Assembly: GCA_049968255.1 (NCBI GenBank) | Contig: JBMFRB010000005.1 | Coordinates: 133,822 to 197,821, forward strand | Length of the DNA: 64,000 bases | From: Candidatus Sumerlaeaceae bacterium | Lineage (GTDB): Bacteria > Sumerlaeota > Sumerlaeia > Sumerlaeales > Sumerlaeaceae | Direction: 5' to 3' | Shown here: positions 47,601 through 56,742 of the stretch, piece by piece | Layout: each line of letters opens with the position of its first letter | How positions within the stretch are numbered: position 1 is the stretch's first letter | Notes under the pieces: generated by a model | Database searches by the model: none | The model's input: only the letters and a program-made list of their open reading frames with translations | Told to the model about the DNA's origin: nothing | Made by a program: the position numbers and the translations under genes

Positions 47601-48793
47601 TCCGTGACGTCGCGCACGGTGGCCTGAAGACAAGGTCGCCCACGGTACGTGACAAAGGTAGGTAGGAGCTCTGCCGTGAAGCGCGAGCCGTCTTTTCGCA
47701 AGGCAATGAAGCGTAGGATGTGGGGACGGCGCGTTTCGATCATTTTGGCCACTAGGCGCCCCACGCGTTCGCGAACCTCAGGGGCAACTGCTTCCAGCGG
47801 ATGGAGAGACTTTAGTTCTTCCTCGGTGTAGCCAAACATTTTTTGAAGAGTGCGGTTTGCAACCAGAATGCGGACGGGGACAAGATCCCGCAGATAAAAC
47901 CCCTCGCGCGCTTGTTCGACCAATGCATCGTAACGCTCTTGGGTTTCGCGAAGCTCGCGTGTGGCCTCGAATTGAGTCAACCCCAGCGCCGAATAAGCGG
48001 CAAAGATAGAGATCAGCGTGCGCGAATCGTAAACGGCAGCGAGTGGGCGAGTGTCCAGCGCTGCAATGACACCACGTACGCGCCCCTCCGCATCCACCAG
48101 AGGTGCGCCGAGAAAGGTTTCGATGCGGTGCGTGCGGATGAACTCATCCCCTGGAAAGAGTTGCCAAACGTGCCGTGAGTAATAGCAAAGACTTCCGGGT
48201 TTAAGATTTTCGCAAGGCCCACCTTCAAGCCGGCATGCGAAGGGACTCCCGAGCTCGTCGCGCACCCAACACGCTTCGACATGCAAGAGTTTTGGGTCTT
48301 CCTCGTCCAGTGTCCCCAAAAATGCATATGGCACCGCCAAGACGCGTGCAAGCTGGATGACGACTTGGCGTAGAAACATCTCACGCCCTTGCTGAAGCGA
48401 TGTGCCTATCAAAGCGCGCAACATGTGTTCGGTTGTCCGCCATCGCGTGATATCGCGATAAATTGCAACCTGAAGAGGGGGCTCCGTGCGAAGAAAGAAA
48501 CTCTTCACCGTGACGATCCGTTGGCTGCCATCACGGCAATGTAGAATGAATTGGCCACCGGTGCTTGCGGTTTCGTCCGGCAACTCGATGCGCTCGCCGC
48601 CCCAAGCTTCGGAGGCTGTCAAGCCGATAAGCTCTTTGCACTTTGCTCCTACGAGAAGCCCCATCGCAGGGTTACAGAAGACGATGCGGCCGTTGCTGTC
48701 GAAAGCGGCGACGCCATCGCTCATCGCCTCATAGAGCTGCCTGAGAATATCAAAACTCGGCTGCCTCTGCTGCTGCGTATCATCTTGCGCCAT
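44636..48793 (-). CDS. Cytoplasmic multi-PAS/GAF GGDEF-EAL protein
   Basis: Several PAS and two GAF-like regions, HDGLTKLANR, RLSGDEF, and an EAL domain with FESIVRW, IEVTE, DDFGSGYSS, IKID, EGVE and QGF. Confidence 0.92.
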   Translation of the reverse strand: MAQDDTQQQRQPSFDILRQLYEAMSDGVAAFDSNGRIVFCNPAMGLLVGAKCKELIGLTASEAWGGERIELPDETASTGGQFILHCRDGSQRIVTVKSFFLRTEPPLQVAIYRDITRWRTTEHMLRALIGTSLQQGREMFLRQVVIQLARVLAVPYAFLGTLDEEDPKLLHVEACWVRDELGSPFACRLEGGPCENLKPGSLCYYSRHVWQLFPGDEFIRTHRIETFLGAPLVDAEGRVRGVIAALDTRPLAAVYDSRTLISIFAAYSALGLTQFEATRELRETQERYDALVEQAREGFYLRDLVPVRILVANRTLQKMFGYTEEELKSLHPLEAVAPEVRERVGRLVAKMIETRRPHILRFIALRKDGSRFTAELLPTFVTYRGRPCLQATVRDVTEKVRVEQERRLLGRLALRLAGDDTIERISATVQEITQELFDWDAYCFVVRQPGNRRRVIEYVDTVEGVRQVFPGTIDPPESLSGPMRRALAGESVLIDVAEHGAEPTLRPFGDVEHRSQTLLYVPIRLPDGVIGVISIQSYHTRRYTQEDLGILQRVADVVAPALQRARAEHQVRESEERYRKLVEQAPVAILVLQNGLIKYVNPAGVQLLGASSNEDLLDVRFLDFVSDSLKPLIEERLARAISQVAALPSIEFEIRRFDGRALTIEAREIPTSYKDSPALQVVLQDVTQQKEALRRIQRSEQQLKLLFEQTPLGIIRWSKDFCVEEWNPGAERIFGYSRNEALGRHAFDLIVPPPVRDFVQQVWDNLLTQKGGTHAKNVNLRKDGHPVVCCWYNTPLVSPDGTVIGVASIVEDVTERERMADALRESEERFSLAVLGSNDAIWDWDIRGEKLYLSPRWNELLGLAGEEQYTTIEEWLKCIDTQDREAFRKALAAHLSGATPQLAAEFRALCSNGQQRWILCRGLAVRDSTGTPVRMAGSLSDLTPRKKAEEQLLFDALHDGLTKLANRTLMLEHVEHSIGITRREFSYAFAILLLDIDRFKLINDSHGHRVGDELLCAVATAFEKALRPGDVLGRLSGDEFFVLFDDIRDRQQAEQLAEELLSVFDRPFRLSVGDIYVTASGGLVMSDSSYASAEEMLRDADTAMFRAKALGGHRVEVFTPEMRLRAQSRLQLETDLRRAVQEQQFDLLFQPIVCLMDSTVWGFESIVRWRHPLRGMLLPLEFLAVAEETGLILDVGDYVLRRGCAQLADWLKADPASNLALTINMSARQLQEPIVFEQLENVLRETGVPPRLLVIEVTESIFLDEHEQVSSALNSLRERGLRLAVDDFGSGYSSFGYLQRLPVDLIKIDHMFVSSLGTPRERPEILQTIVNLGRTLGVQLVAEGVENEMQAAHLRELGVPFVQGFLFGPPMPAAAAWEFARSRRQ

Positions 48794-48859
48794 CGCGCTT
48801 CGCTCCTCTGCCTTGGCTGCTCATGTTCACGCGCTGCATTAGCAGTCTGGCAAACCCGT

Positions 48860-50209
48860 TTATAATTTCCAGTAAAAGCCGCGCTTGTTGCAAAACCGGA
48901 CAATAAGCCACAGTAGCAACGTCCAGAGGCCGCCCCAGAACATTCCCTCCCATCCCACTTTTCCTAGGAAGAACGGATACAGTCCAAGTGCTTGCACAAA
49001 GATGCGGACGACAGGCTGCATAAAGTAGGCGAGGAGTGCATTTGCTCCAAAGACATTGAGCGGCACTGTCCAGCGACGCCAGCCCCACACGTCCACCGGA
49101 TAATAAAAAAGCAGGAAAAACAGCGAGGCAATTCCCGCAGTGAAGAGCGAGTAAGAAGAGGTGACAAAATCTTTGTTCATGGGATACCCGAGCGCGTGGA
49201 GTGCATAGCCTAGAGCTGTGAAGACAACTCCGACGATAAGACTGCGCCTGACGATGGTCCGCTGATCGCGGGAAACGATTGCATCACCGAGCAGTGTACC
49301 AATGATCGTGATCATCCCATAGGAGATGCTGGCCCACGGAGTGCAATGAACTGTGAGCGGGCGCAGGGGATCACCATCGAGCCGTGCGATCGTAAGGAAG
49401 GGACGAGTTTTGTCGCCGAGCTCGACCCACCACGGCACGTGGATTGTCAGCCAGCCATGCACCAGAGCGATCATACCTACCACAAGCCATCGCCCGAGTG
49501 GCGGCATGAACATGGCCGCGGCTCCCATAAAATAGGATACCCCGATAGCCTGAAGAATACCCCACCAATAAGAAAGCTTCAGGATGAGGGAAATGTAAAT
49601 CACACCCGCAAGGATGAGACCAAGTGTTCGCATGCCAACGTGGCGCCACCATTCGCCACCGCGCCGCTGACGACTGAGGGGGATGCACATTCCCACGATA
49701 AAAACAAAAAATGGTGCGACAAGATCCGTGAACGTGCAACCATTGCCCACGCCTTGAAATCTGGGAGTAATCTTCTCGCGAGGGTGAGTGACGCCCGCAG
49801 CCTTGGCGCCTGGGTAATGAGCAATGACCTTCTCGCCCACCCGCAACGGCTTGGCGTGGCGGATTGTCACGCCCGAATAAGTACGAGTGGCCTCTTGGTC
49901 ATCGCCGACCACCTCCACGCTGTAGAGCCCATCGTTCACTGCCACAACGCGTCCCTCAATGTACTCTTTCGACGGTTCTCGTCCCTCCCAGAACGCCCAC
50001 TCTTCGGGATCGCCATCCTCGCTCGCGTGTTTGAAAGTGGAAACAGGTGCACTTCCAAAATGGGGAAACGTAAGCGGCAGGTTTTTGTATCCCGCCACCT
50101 GAATGACAAAGATCATTGCGAGGATGGTGAAACCGCGAAAGGCATCAATGGACTCGACTCGTCGGGGCTTTTGCACTGTCAGCTCGCTCACGTTTGTCTC
50201 CTTCGCCAC
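48860..50209 (-). CDS. HGSNAT/DUF5009 (NagX-like) membrane acyltransferase with an inserted soluble domain
   Basis: RVESIDAFRG.TI..MIFV, KHA, GCTFTDLVAPFFVFIVGM, WGILQAIG, PMNK...TSSY and VFGANAL.AY motifs. Confidence 0.82.
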   Translation of the reverse strand: MAKETNVSELTVQKPRRVESIDAFRGFTILAMIFVIQVAGYKNLPLTFPHFGSAPVSTFKHASEDGDPEEWAFWEGREPSKEYIEGRVVAVNDGLYSVEVVGDDQEATRTYSGVTIRHAKPLRVGEKVIAHYPGAKAAGVTHPREKITPRFQGVGNGCTFTDLVAPFFVFIVGMCIPLSRQRRGGEWWRHVGMRTLGLILAGVIYISLILKLSYWWGILQAIGVSYFMGAAAMFMPPLGRWLVVGMIALVHGWLTIHVPWWVELGDKTRPFLTIARLDGDPLRPLTVHCTPWASISYGMITIIGTLLGDAIVSRDQRTIVRRSLIVGVVFTALGYALHALGYPMNKDFVTSSYSLFTAGIASLFFLLFYYPVDVWGWRRWTVPLNVFGANALLAYFMQPVVRIFVQALGLYPFFLGKVGWEGMFWGGLWTLLLWLIVRFCNKRGFYWKL

Positions 50210-50396
50210 GGGATGTGCGACCGGCGCGGCACTGTGCCACGAGCCGGATAAATCAGCATCGGATTTGGGGCACGCACCGCAGCTTACTCTTTTGTGAGGA
50301 CGAAAACAGCATCACGCGGCGAAAACTCAATGCGAAACTCGATGGTTTTTTCACCAAGGTTCGCAGCCGTTACACAAGCTGGACATATAGATCGTT

Positions 50397-50999
50397 CTAC
50401 AAAAGCCCCACGCGCCGAAGAAGCCTATTCCAACGTGAATTGACCCGTGGCCACAGCTTCCTGCTAATCGCAATTTCATCTGGAGAGAGTACCGCGCGCA
50501 AGAGCGCCGCGCGCTCAAGCATTTTTGGTATGCTTCGCTTCTTTTTTCTTACAGTATGCTCTTGCTCGGCGAGAATCAAAGCGGGATGGACAATGGGAAT
50601 TTTGTCTCCATCGAGTAACACGCTAGCGTTAGTGACCCGAGGATCAGGAAACACCCATAAGATATCACGATAGGTTGCAATAACACTATTTTTTTTATAA
50701 GTTAAGAAGAATACAATATCGATCTGCACAAAGTTGTGGTTCCAGACGACATGTGATTTATCGCGGACGACGAGCCTGTCCCCTAGCGTTTCTTCCAACC
50801 GTTGGCGTTGCTCAAGGGGAACAAACAGATCTACGTCCTGATGACTCAGCGGCTTCCCGACAAGACCCTCGACGGCCCAGCCACCATGAACCCATGCTGA
50901 AATTCCCCGCTCTGAAAGAAATCGGAGCACGCCACGGACGTCGCTGCTTTGGGGGTCGCGCCGCTGCGCTTTTAGCAATTTGAGTTCAGACTCATCCAT
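50397..50999 (-). CDS. Pol-beta-like nucleotidyltransferase (ANT(2'')/Lnu-like fold)
   Basis: WVHGGWAVEGL.G....HQDVDLFV and QIDIVF motifs. Confidence 0.75.
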   Translation of the reverse strand: MDESELKLLKAQRRDPQSSDVRGVLRFLSERGISAWVHGGWAVEGLVGKPLSHQDVDLFVPLEQRQRLEETLGDRLVVRDKSHVVWNHNFVQIDIVFFLTYKKNSVIATYRDILWVFPDPRVTNASVLLDGDKIPIVHPALILAEQEHTVRKKKRSIPKMLERAALLRAVLSPDEIAISRKLWPRVNSRWNRLLRRVGLL

Positions 51000-51020
51000 G
51001 GTCGAAACTCAAGTGGTCTG

Positions 51021-52865
51021 TTAGTGGCAGCGCCGGATTTCAATTCCAAAAGTTTTTTCTGAACGATGAGGTTCGTCGCCAAAAAGAATTTCTCTTTGAG
51101 AGTGTGAATGCACCCATTGCATGATTTCTTGACCGTACTCGCGCGACTGGCCAAAAAGCCAAGGACGGGTATGCTTGTGGATGACCACAATGACGTCTGG
51201 CCTCTGACGATTATAATCTGCAACGATTGCACCTTCTCCGAAGCCAGCCACTTCTGTTGGCGTGAGCTGTGGATAGCGCGTTGCCATGAGCTTTCCTAAG
51301 GAAAATGCGAAAAAAGCCCCTTCGGGAATCGCGATAAACTTGTCGGTGGAAGGCACAACATTTTGCATGTAGTGCATGGCGCTCCGCAGCACAGGAACGC
51401 GGGGATCAATTCCCGTATCGAACACAAACATATCCACTGTGGAGGTGGACCAGCGCTCCCTTTTTTGTTGCAAGTAGTTCCACGAGCGCTTCGCGTGCGC
51501 ATAGGTGAAGGAGAAAACTAGAGCGGTCACAACGAGAATCGTTAGGAAACGATCCATGTTCGCTCTAACTGCGATGCGGGGAGCGTCCCCAAGAAGCCAG
51601 GCCGCGCACACGAGCACCGCGGGCATCGCCTGTGTGAAGCCATATTGCTCGACGCGCGCATTCAAAAGCATGCGAAGAATAGTGCCAAGAGCCCATAGAC
51701 TCCAGAGCCAAATGCCAATATCGCGCGCTCGGTTGTTGGACTCCTGACGCTGTAAAACTGATAATGACTTTGCTCCCCATATCGCCAGGCACCAGAGCGG
51801 GAGAGAGCGCGCGAAAAACTGCCACCATTCAAAACGGCGAAAGCAAACGACGCATAAGACAGTGACAATACCGAGTCCTAGAATGCGGGCAGTTTTTGAG
51901 AGCCTCCACTGTCGCCAAGCTCTTGCGAGCAGCACGAAAACAATTCCGAGAGAAACAACTGCGCTGGCGCTTAGCAGAAGGCGTGCGGCGTTCGACCATG
52001 GCGACTCGAACCCCATCGTCTCCACGCTCCAGCGAACGCGAGCCGCAGGAGTAAAGGACATCCACCATGCGCCAAGCACGAGTTCGATCGCGCGCGAAGG
52101 GGGCATGACAAGACAGGCAACGAGAAAGATAGTACAGAGGGTGCCGACGACTGTGGCTGCACCCAGTAGCGCTGCTTTCACCCAGCGCTTTCTCTCGGTC
52201 CAGAAAAAAGCAGCAATCAGATAGGCCCCGCCCCACACAGCAAGCGCTCCCACAGCCATTTCTGCCTTTGTAAGAAACGCCAGAGCTGCGAGAAGGGCCA
52301 ACCCAATCGTTTCTAGCCAGGTGGGCACTCGAATCCATTGTTGCGCGAGCGCGACTGTGCAAAGTCCGAGGTAAAGGCCGTGAACCGTTTCCGAACTGTA
52401 AGGCGCGAAATAGTTGTACATCCCAACCTTTGTGCTGTGAGAGAAAGCAAAAACGAGCCAGAAGATCACCGTGATTGCTGTGGCGACAATGCACCCGTAC
52501 CACTGCGAGAAGAGGCGGAAAACGAGAAGTGAGCCGCCAATAAGAAGAAATAGATTCGCTACGAGCAAGACGGTGTTGTGGGGCCCAAACCAAGCAAATA
52601 GCCCTCCATTGAAATAGACTGAGAGAGGGCCGTACAACCATTCAAAATCGCGTGCGACGTGAAGACCTTTCGAAACTTGGAAAGGACCGTAAAGGGTAAT
52701 CCCATAATCGAGAAAAGGGTCGCCGAATTTTCTCCACGTGGCGACGAGCAAAACCAAAAAGATCCCAGCAAGGATCGTGGCGCACATCCCCTCGCTTCGC
52801 GGACCTGGCCTCGCGGGGTGAGGCCGTTTCGTGCTATAAAGTTTCGAACACACGCTGAATCTCAA
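51021..52865 (-). CDS. GT-C-like polytopic membrane protein (ArnT/PMT-like glycosyltransferase)
   Basis: About 13 hydrophobic segments, D.G..LY....V.KG...ARDF.W.YGPLS loop, LAFLTKAE, and a soluble C-terminal domain. True start may be ATG 52787. Confidence 0.7.
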   Translation of the reverse strand: MRFSVCSKLYSTKRPHPARPGPRSEGMCATILAGIFLVLLVATWRKFGDPFLDYGITLYGPFQVSKGLHVARDFEWLYGPLSVYFNGGLFAWFGPHNTVLLVANLFLLIGGSLLVFRLFSQWYGCIVATAITVIFWLVFAFSHSTKVGMYNYFAPYSSETVHGLYLGLCTVALAQQWIRVPTWLETIGLALLAALAFLTKAEMAVGALAVWGGAYLIAAFFWTERKRWVKAALLGAATVVGTLCTIFLVACLVMPPSRAIELVLGAWWMSFTPAARVRWSVETMGFESPWSNAARLLLSASAVVSLGIVFVLLARAWRQWRLSKTARILGLGIVTVLCVVCFRRFEWWQFFARSLPLWCLAIWGAKSLSVLQRQESNNRARDIGIWLWSLWALGTILRMLLNARVEQYGFTQAMPAVLVCAAWLLGDAPRIAVRANMDRFLTILVVTALVFSFTYAHAKRSWNYLQQKRERWSTSTVDMFVFDTGIDPRVPVLRSAMHYMQNVVPSTDKFIAIPEGAFFAFSLGKLMATRYPQLTPTEVAGFGEGAIVADYNRQRPDVIVVIHKHTRPWLFGQSREYGQEIMQWVHSHSQREILFGDEPHRSEKTFGIEIRRCH

Positions 52866-53055
52866 GGCACAGAATCAAACCTGGAAGCGCAAGACTTTCA
52901 TGAGGTCGAGGCGTATGCTCTGATCTTTGCCGCGAGGTTGGCCGCATTCTCACACACGTCTCATCATTCGTCTTGATTAGCTGGGTGCCGCAAAGAATAA
53001 AAAGACAATAAGGCCAAAATCGGTTCAAAATCAAACATGAGAAGTGTGACAAACT

Positions 53056-53988
53056 GTGACCAAAACAAAATCTGTACTGATGCTAACGAGTGCGTTGTGG
53101 AGCATCTCGGCGCTGGGCTTTAGTTTCGCCGCAACAGGACATCAACTGGTGGCACTCATCTGCGAACACGAACTCACATCGAAAACGCGCGCAGCAATTG
53201 GAACCATCCTGCCGACGGAAAACCTGCCGGAGATCAGCCCCTGGGCCGATTTAGAACGCCAGCATGATCCTTCAACGTCAGGATGGCATTATATCGATTA
53301 CAACATCAAGACGGGCAAGGTCGAGGCCCAACACGCGAACGATCCGACAATTCTCGATGCCATTTCGTCGAACTCCGTGGCGCTTCGGTCGGCAGAATCC
53401 ACAGAAACGCGCCAGCGCGCTCTGAAGTTTCTGGTCCATTTTATGGCGGATCTTCATCAGCCTTTGCATTGTGCGGACAACAATGACGCTGGGGGCAATA
53501 AGACATTCGTCTCTCTTCGCGGCGAAGAGATACGACTGCATCGCGTGTGGGATGGCCCGGTCGTGGAGCGGATGATAGCAGAACGTTATCCGGGAAAATC
53601 CTTGCCGGAAGTGGCTGCCATTCTGCACTCGAACTATGCAGCCAAGAAAGCTGACTTTACTTCGGGAACCATTGAGGACTGGGCACGCGAGTCCTTTGAA
53701 ATCGCGAGGGATCACGTCTACCGTCTCCCACCTCCTGCTGCAGAAGGAAAGCCGCCAGAGATTGATGGAGACTACATGAGGGCAAGCGAGGCGATTATTG
53801 AGAAGCGCCTTGCGCTGGCTGGCTTGCGTTTGGCTCACGTCCTCAACAGCCTACTCGATCCCGATTATCGCCCGACCACCGACGCATTGGGCCTTGGTAG
53901 CAAAAGGGCGCATGCCGCGCCGGTTGAAAAAGTCTCCGCAAAAAAAGTTGGTTCGCAGGGAGCTCTTGTGCCAGCTGGCGTTCACTGA
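53056..53988 (+). CDS. S1/P1 nuclease, secreted
   Basis: GHQLVA, WAD, WHYID, LKFLVHFMADLHQPLH, DAGGN, LHRVWD, WARES and AGLRLA motifs. Confidence 0.92.
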   Translation: MTKTKSVLMLTSALWSISALGFSFAATGHQLVALICEHELTSKTRAAIGTILPTENLPEISPWADLERQHDPSTSGWHYIDYNIKTGKVEAQHANDPTILDAISSNSVALRSAESTETRQRALKFLVHFMADLHQPLHCADNNDAGGNKTFVSLRGEEIRLHRVWDGPVVERMIAERYPGKSLPEVAAILHSNYAAKKADFTSGTIEDWARESFEIARDHVYRLPPPAAEGKPPEIDGDYMRASEAIIEKRLALAGLRLAHVLNSLLDPDYRPTTDALGLGSKRAHAAPVEKVSAKKVGSQGALVPAGVH

Positions 53989-55463
53989 GCCTTGCTCGCG
54001 CGCATCTCGACGCGCAAATGTTTGACTCCCGGAGTTGCGAGAAGATCAAGTCCCCGCCACTCTTGGCCTGCAACGCGCAGCTCGTAACGTCCTGTTGGCA
54101 TGGCTGTAAAGACAGCGTAGCCGTTTCCATCCGCCCGAAGCGAACGCGTGATGGGTCCGCGTAATTCGAGAACCGCGCCATCTGCAGGTTCCTTGTTTTC
54201 TGTGCGTTGGCATTGCACCACCAGCGTTGCGCAGTCCTTACGCCACTGCGGACGCGGTGGTTGGGCTAGGTCGGGATAAACCTCGTTTGCAATTCGCTCC
54301 CACAAAGAGCTTGCGGCACCATAGCGTTTCGTCGTGTCAGAAGTTTTGTCCGGGCGCCAATAACTAAATATGCTGGTTCCAAGCCCGCGGCGCTTTGCCT
54401 CGCGGTACTGAACAATGACATGGTCCGGCTCGTTGAAGTACCCTCCGATGCCAATAGTGATAAGATTGCCCGGGCATTGCTCCGCCAATCGCAGGGAGAA
54501 GTCCGCCCAGTCGCGAAACTGTTTCGCATGCGCGGGGACGTGTTCACGCTTGTAGCCCATGCGCGTGACGATGTCTACCGCCCCTTCGCGAGCCCAGCCG
54601 GCCCAATCTTGATGAACTTGTCGATAGGGACTGGATTTCGTGAAATCGTTTTCGGAAGGAACCGCGCCGAATCCTACAGCACAGACACTGAGCATGGCCT
54701 CGGGGCGCAACTCCCATACTTCGGCGGCACAGCGGCGCACGAACGCGCAAACCTGTTCGCGACGGAACTCGTTCCACTGAGGATCGTTGGGTGTAGGACG
54801 ATCCGTGCGGCCATAGAGATTTTGAAAACGTCGAATCGCAACGGGGTGGTAACCGGCTTCCTCTTCAGGATAGCGAATGAAATCAAGGTTCACCCCATCT
54901 ACCGGATACTTCTTCACGCACTCACGGATAAGTGAAAGCAAGTATTCCTGAACCTCCGGGATTGCGGGGTCTAGGAAAGTTGTTTTTGTCCCCGAGGTCG
55001 TGTAGCTCATCCATTCCTTTATTTTCCTCTGCTGTTCGAGCGACAGGGAGGTTGTTTCGACCTTGCCGAAATTGAAAACATTGAACCATGCGTAGACGTC
55101 GAGCCGCTGGGTGCCACTCGTCGTGTCGTGGGCCTGGAAGAGCAAAGTTTGTAGCGGATCGAAACTGGGCGTCCTTGCCCATGTGGGCGCCGGCGGCTCA
55201 GTGGATGATTGATAAAAGGTCATGCCGCGGTGCCGCACCTGGACAATCACACAGTTGAGATGGGCACGCCGCGCCGCGCCGACCAGATCGGCGATTTCCT
55301 CCGGCGAATTCATGCAGGGTGAGAGCGTGGAGGCCCACACCGCACGAAGTTCTGTTCGGTCCAAGGGCCCACTCATTGCACTCGGTGCAGCAGAAAGTCC
55401 CCAATTTAGGCAACACCCCACAAAAGCGACCAGAAAAACCTTTGAAAAGCAGCTATTGCGCAT
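53982..55463 (-). CDS. Glycosyl hydrolase-like 10 (YddW/DigH-like) exported protein with C-terminal beta-sandwich
   Basis: ELRAVW, VQVR, FDPL....AH, VYAWF, LDPAIPEVQ, YPVDGVNLDFIRYP, FRREQV and QDWAGW motifs. ATG at 55463. Confidence 0.88.
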   Translation of the reverse strand: MRNSCFSKVFLVAFVGCCLNWGLSAAPSAMSGPLDRTELRAVWASTLSPCMNSPEEIADLVGAARRAHLNCVIVQVRHRGMTFYQSSTEPPAPTWARTPSFDPLQTLLFQAHDTTSGTQRLDVYAWFNVFNFGKVETTSLSLEQQRKIKEWMSYTTSGTKTTFLDPAIPEVQEYLLSLIRECVKKYPVDGVNLDFIRYPEEEAGYHPVAIRRFQNLYGRTDRPTPNDPQWNEFRREQVCAFVRRCAAEVWELRPEAMLSVCAVGFGAVPSENDFTKSSPYRQVHQDWAGWAREGAVDIVTRMGYKREHVPAHAKQFRDWADFSLRLAEQCPGNLITIGIGGYFNEPDHVIVQYREAKRRGLGTSIFSYWRPDKTSDTTKRYGAASSLWERIANEVYPDLAQPPRPQWRKDCATLVVQCQRTENKEPADGAVLELRGPITRSLRADGNGYAVFTAMPTGRYELRVAGQEWRGLDLLATPGVKHLRVEMRASKAQ

Positions 55464-55672
55464 GGTTTCACCTACCTTCCCTTTTTGGCTGTTGTCGAAC
55501 ACTTGCACTCAGGGAAATCAAACAATTATACGCAATAGACTTCCAGCCACCGCACCTCGAATGTGGAGCAAATCACGCTTGCGTCGTGACAACAAGTGCA
55601 AGATTTGCAATTGAACTGACGATGCGGGAAAGGGTATGAAGCAAAAGTGCGATGGTGAAGGCAGGACGCAAA

Positions 55673-56716
55673 ATGAAAAAACTCCTCGTTATTTCTCAGG
55701 GAGGAGTTCGGGAGGTAGAGCTGGGGCAAGAAATGACCATCGGGCGCGCCTACACGAATCTTCTTCGGTTGGAAGGGGAGGAAGTTTCGCGTGTGCACGC
55801 GATCCTTTATAAGAGGGACGAGGAGTACCTGATCAGAGACCTGGACAGCAAAAATGGGGTCTACCTGAACGGCCAGCGGGTGACATCGAGTTTGGTCGTT
55901 CCGGGTGATGAAATCCAGATCGGCAACTACATTCTTTTGTTCGATCCTCCTGCGGATTTTGATCTCTCTGCCTTTCTCAGCCAGCGCTCGCTCAAAGGCG
56001 ATTCCGCTGAAAAAGCTGTCGAGAAGAAGTTGGAAAAGGCCGAAAAAAAGGAGGCGAAGAAGTCGTCGGCGGCTGCTATCGCTGTGGTGGCGCGGGAAGA
56101 TGAAACAGACGAACGGTTTGAGACGTCCATTCATTTTGTCCCTCAGCCTCTCACGCAGGTGTTTTACGAGCTGGCTGAAATTGAAGAGCTAAGCCAAACT
56201 GACGCGCTCTCTCCGTCAGGCACGTTCACCGCGGAACTCATTCGTGCCCTGAGAACACTTACTGCACGGCGCGAGAATGGCGCCGAGGAGGGCGAGCCTT
56301 ACCAACGCGTGCTCGAAGCGGCCATAGCAGCTACTCACGCAGACCGAGGAGTTCTCGTCTTGCGCGAGGGGCAAGGTGATGCTTTGCGTTTGGGTGCAAT
56401 TTTTCCGCGCGACCGCGACGTGAGTGTGACGCGTGTGGTGCTGCGGGCTGTGCTGCGCGAAAAGCGCGTCGTCTTGTGCAACGATGCAAAGAACGATCCG
56501 CGGTTTCAGCAAACGGACACGGTCCAACGCGAAAACATCACGAGCCTTATCGGATTCCCGCTGGTCATGAACGGTCATACCGTAGGGCTGCTGTATGTGG
56601 ACACGCAGGGACGCCCCAACGCGTTTCGCCGCGAGCATCTTGTTATTGTGCACTTTCTGTCACGCATCTGCACGCTCACGATGAAGGCGGCTGAATCTTC
56701 TCGACAGCTGCAGTAA
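55673..56716 (+). CDS. FHA-GAF domain protein
   Basis: FHA: TIGR, VSRVHA, DLDSKNGVYLNG, GDEIQIG. GAF: ADRG, DAKNDPRF, SLIGFPL, GLLYVD. Confidence 0.88.
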   Translation: MKKLLVISQGGVREVELGQEMTIGRAYTNLLRLEGEEVSRVHAILYKRDEEYLIRDLDSKNGVYLNGQRVTSSLVVPGDEIQIGNYILLFDPPADFDLSAFLSQRSLKGDSAEKAVEKKLEKAEKKEAKKSSAAAIAVVAREDETDERFETSIHFVPQPLTQVFYELAEIEELSQTDALSPSGTFTAELIRALRTLTARRENGAEEGEPYQRVLEAAIAATHADRGVLVLREGQGDALRLGAIFPRDRDVSVTRVVLRAVLREKRVVLCNDAKNDPRFQQTDTVQRENITSLIGFPLVMNGHTVGLLYVDTQGRPNAFRREHLVIVHFLSRICTLTMKAAESSRQLQ

Positions 56717-56742
56717 ACACTCGCCTTTGGGTCACTCGGAGA

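Noticed and set aside
50397-50999. Aminoglycoside/lincosamide resistance gene label
   Set aside because: Only the generic nucleotidyltransferase motif is visible and there is no mobile context; resistance cannot be supported.
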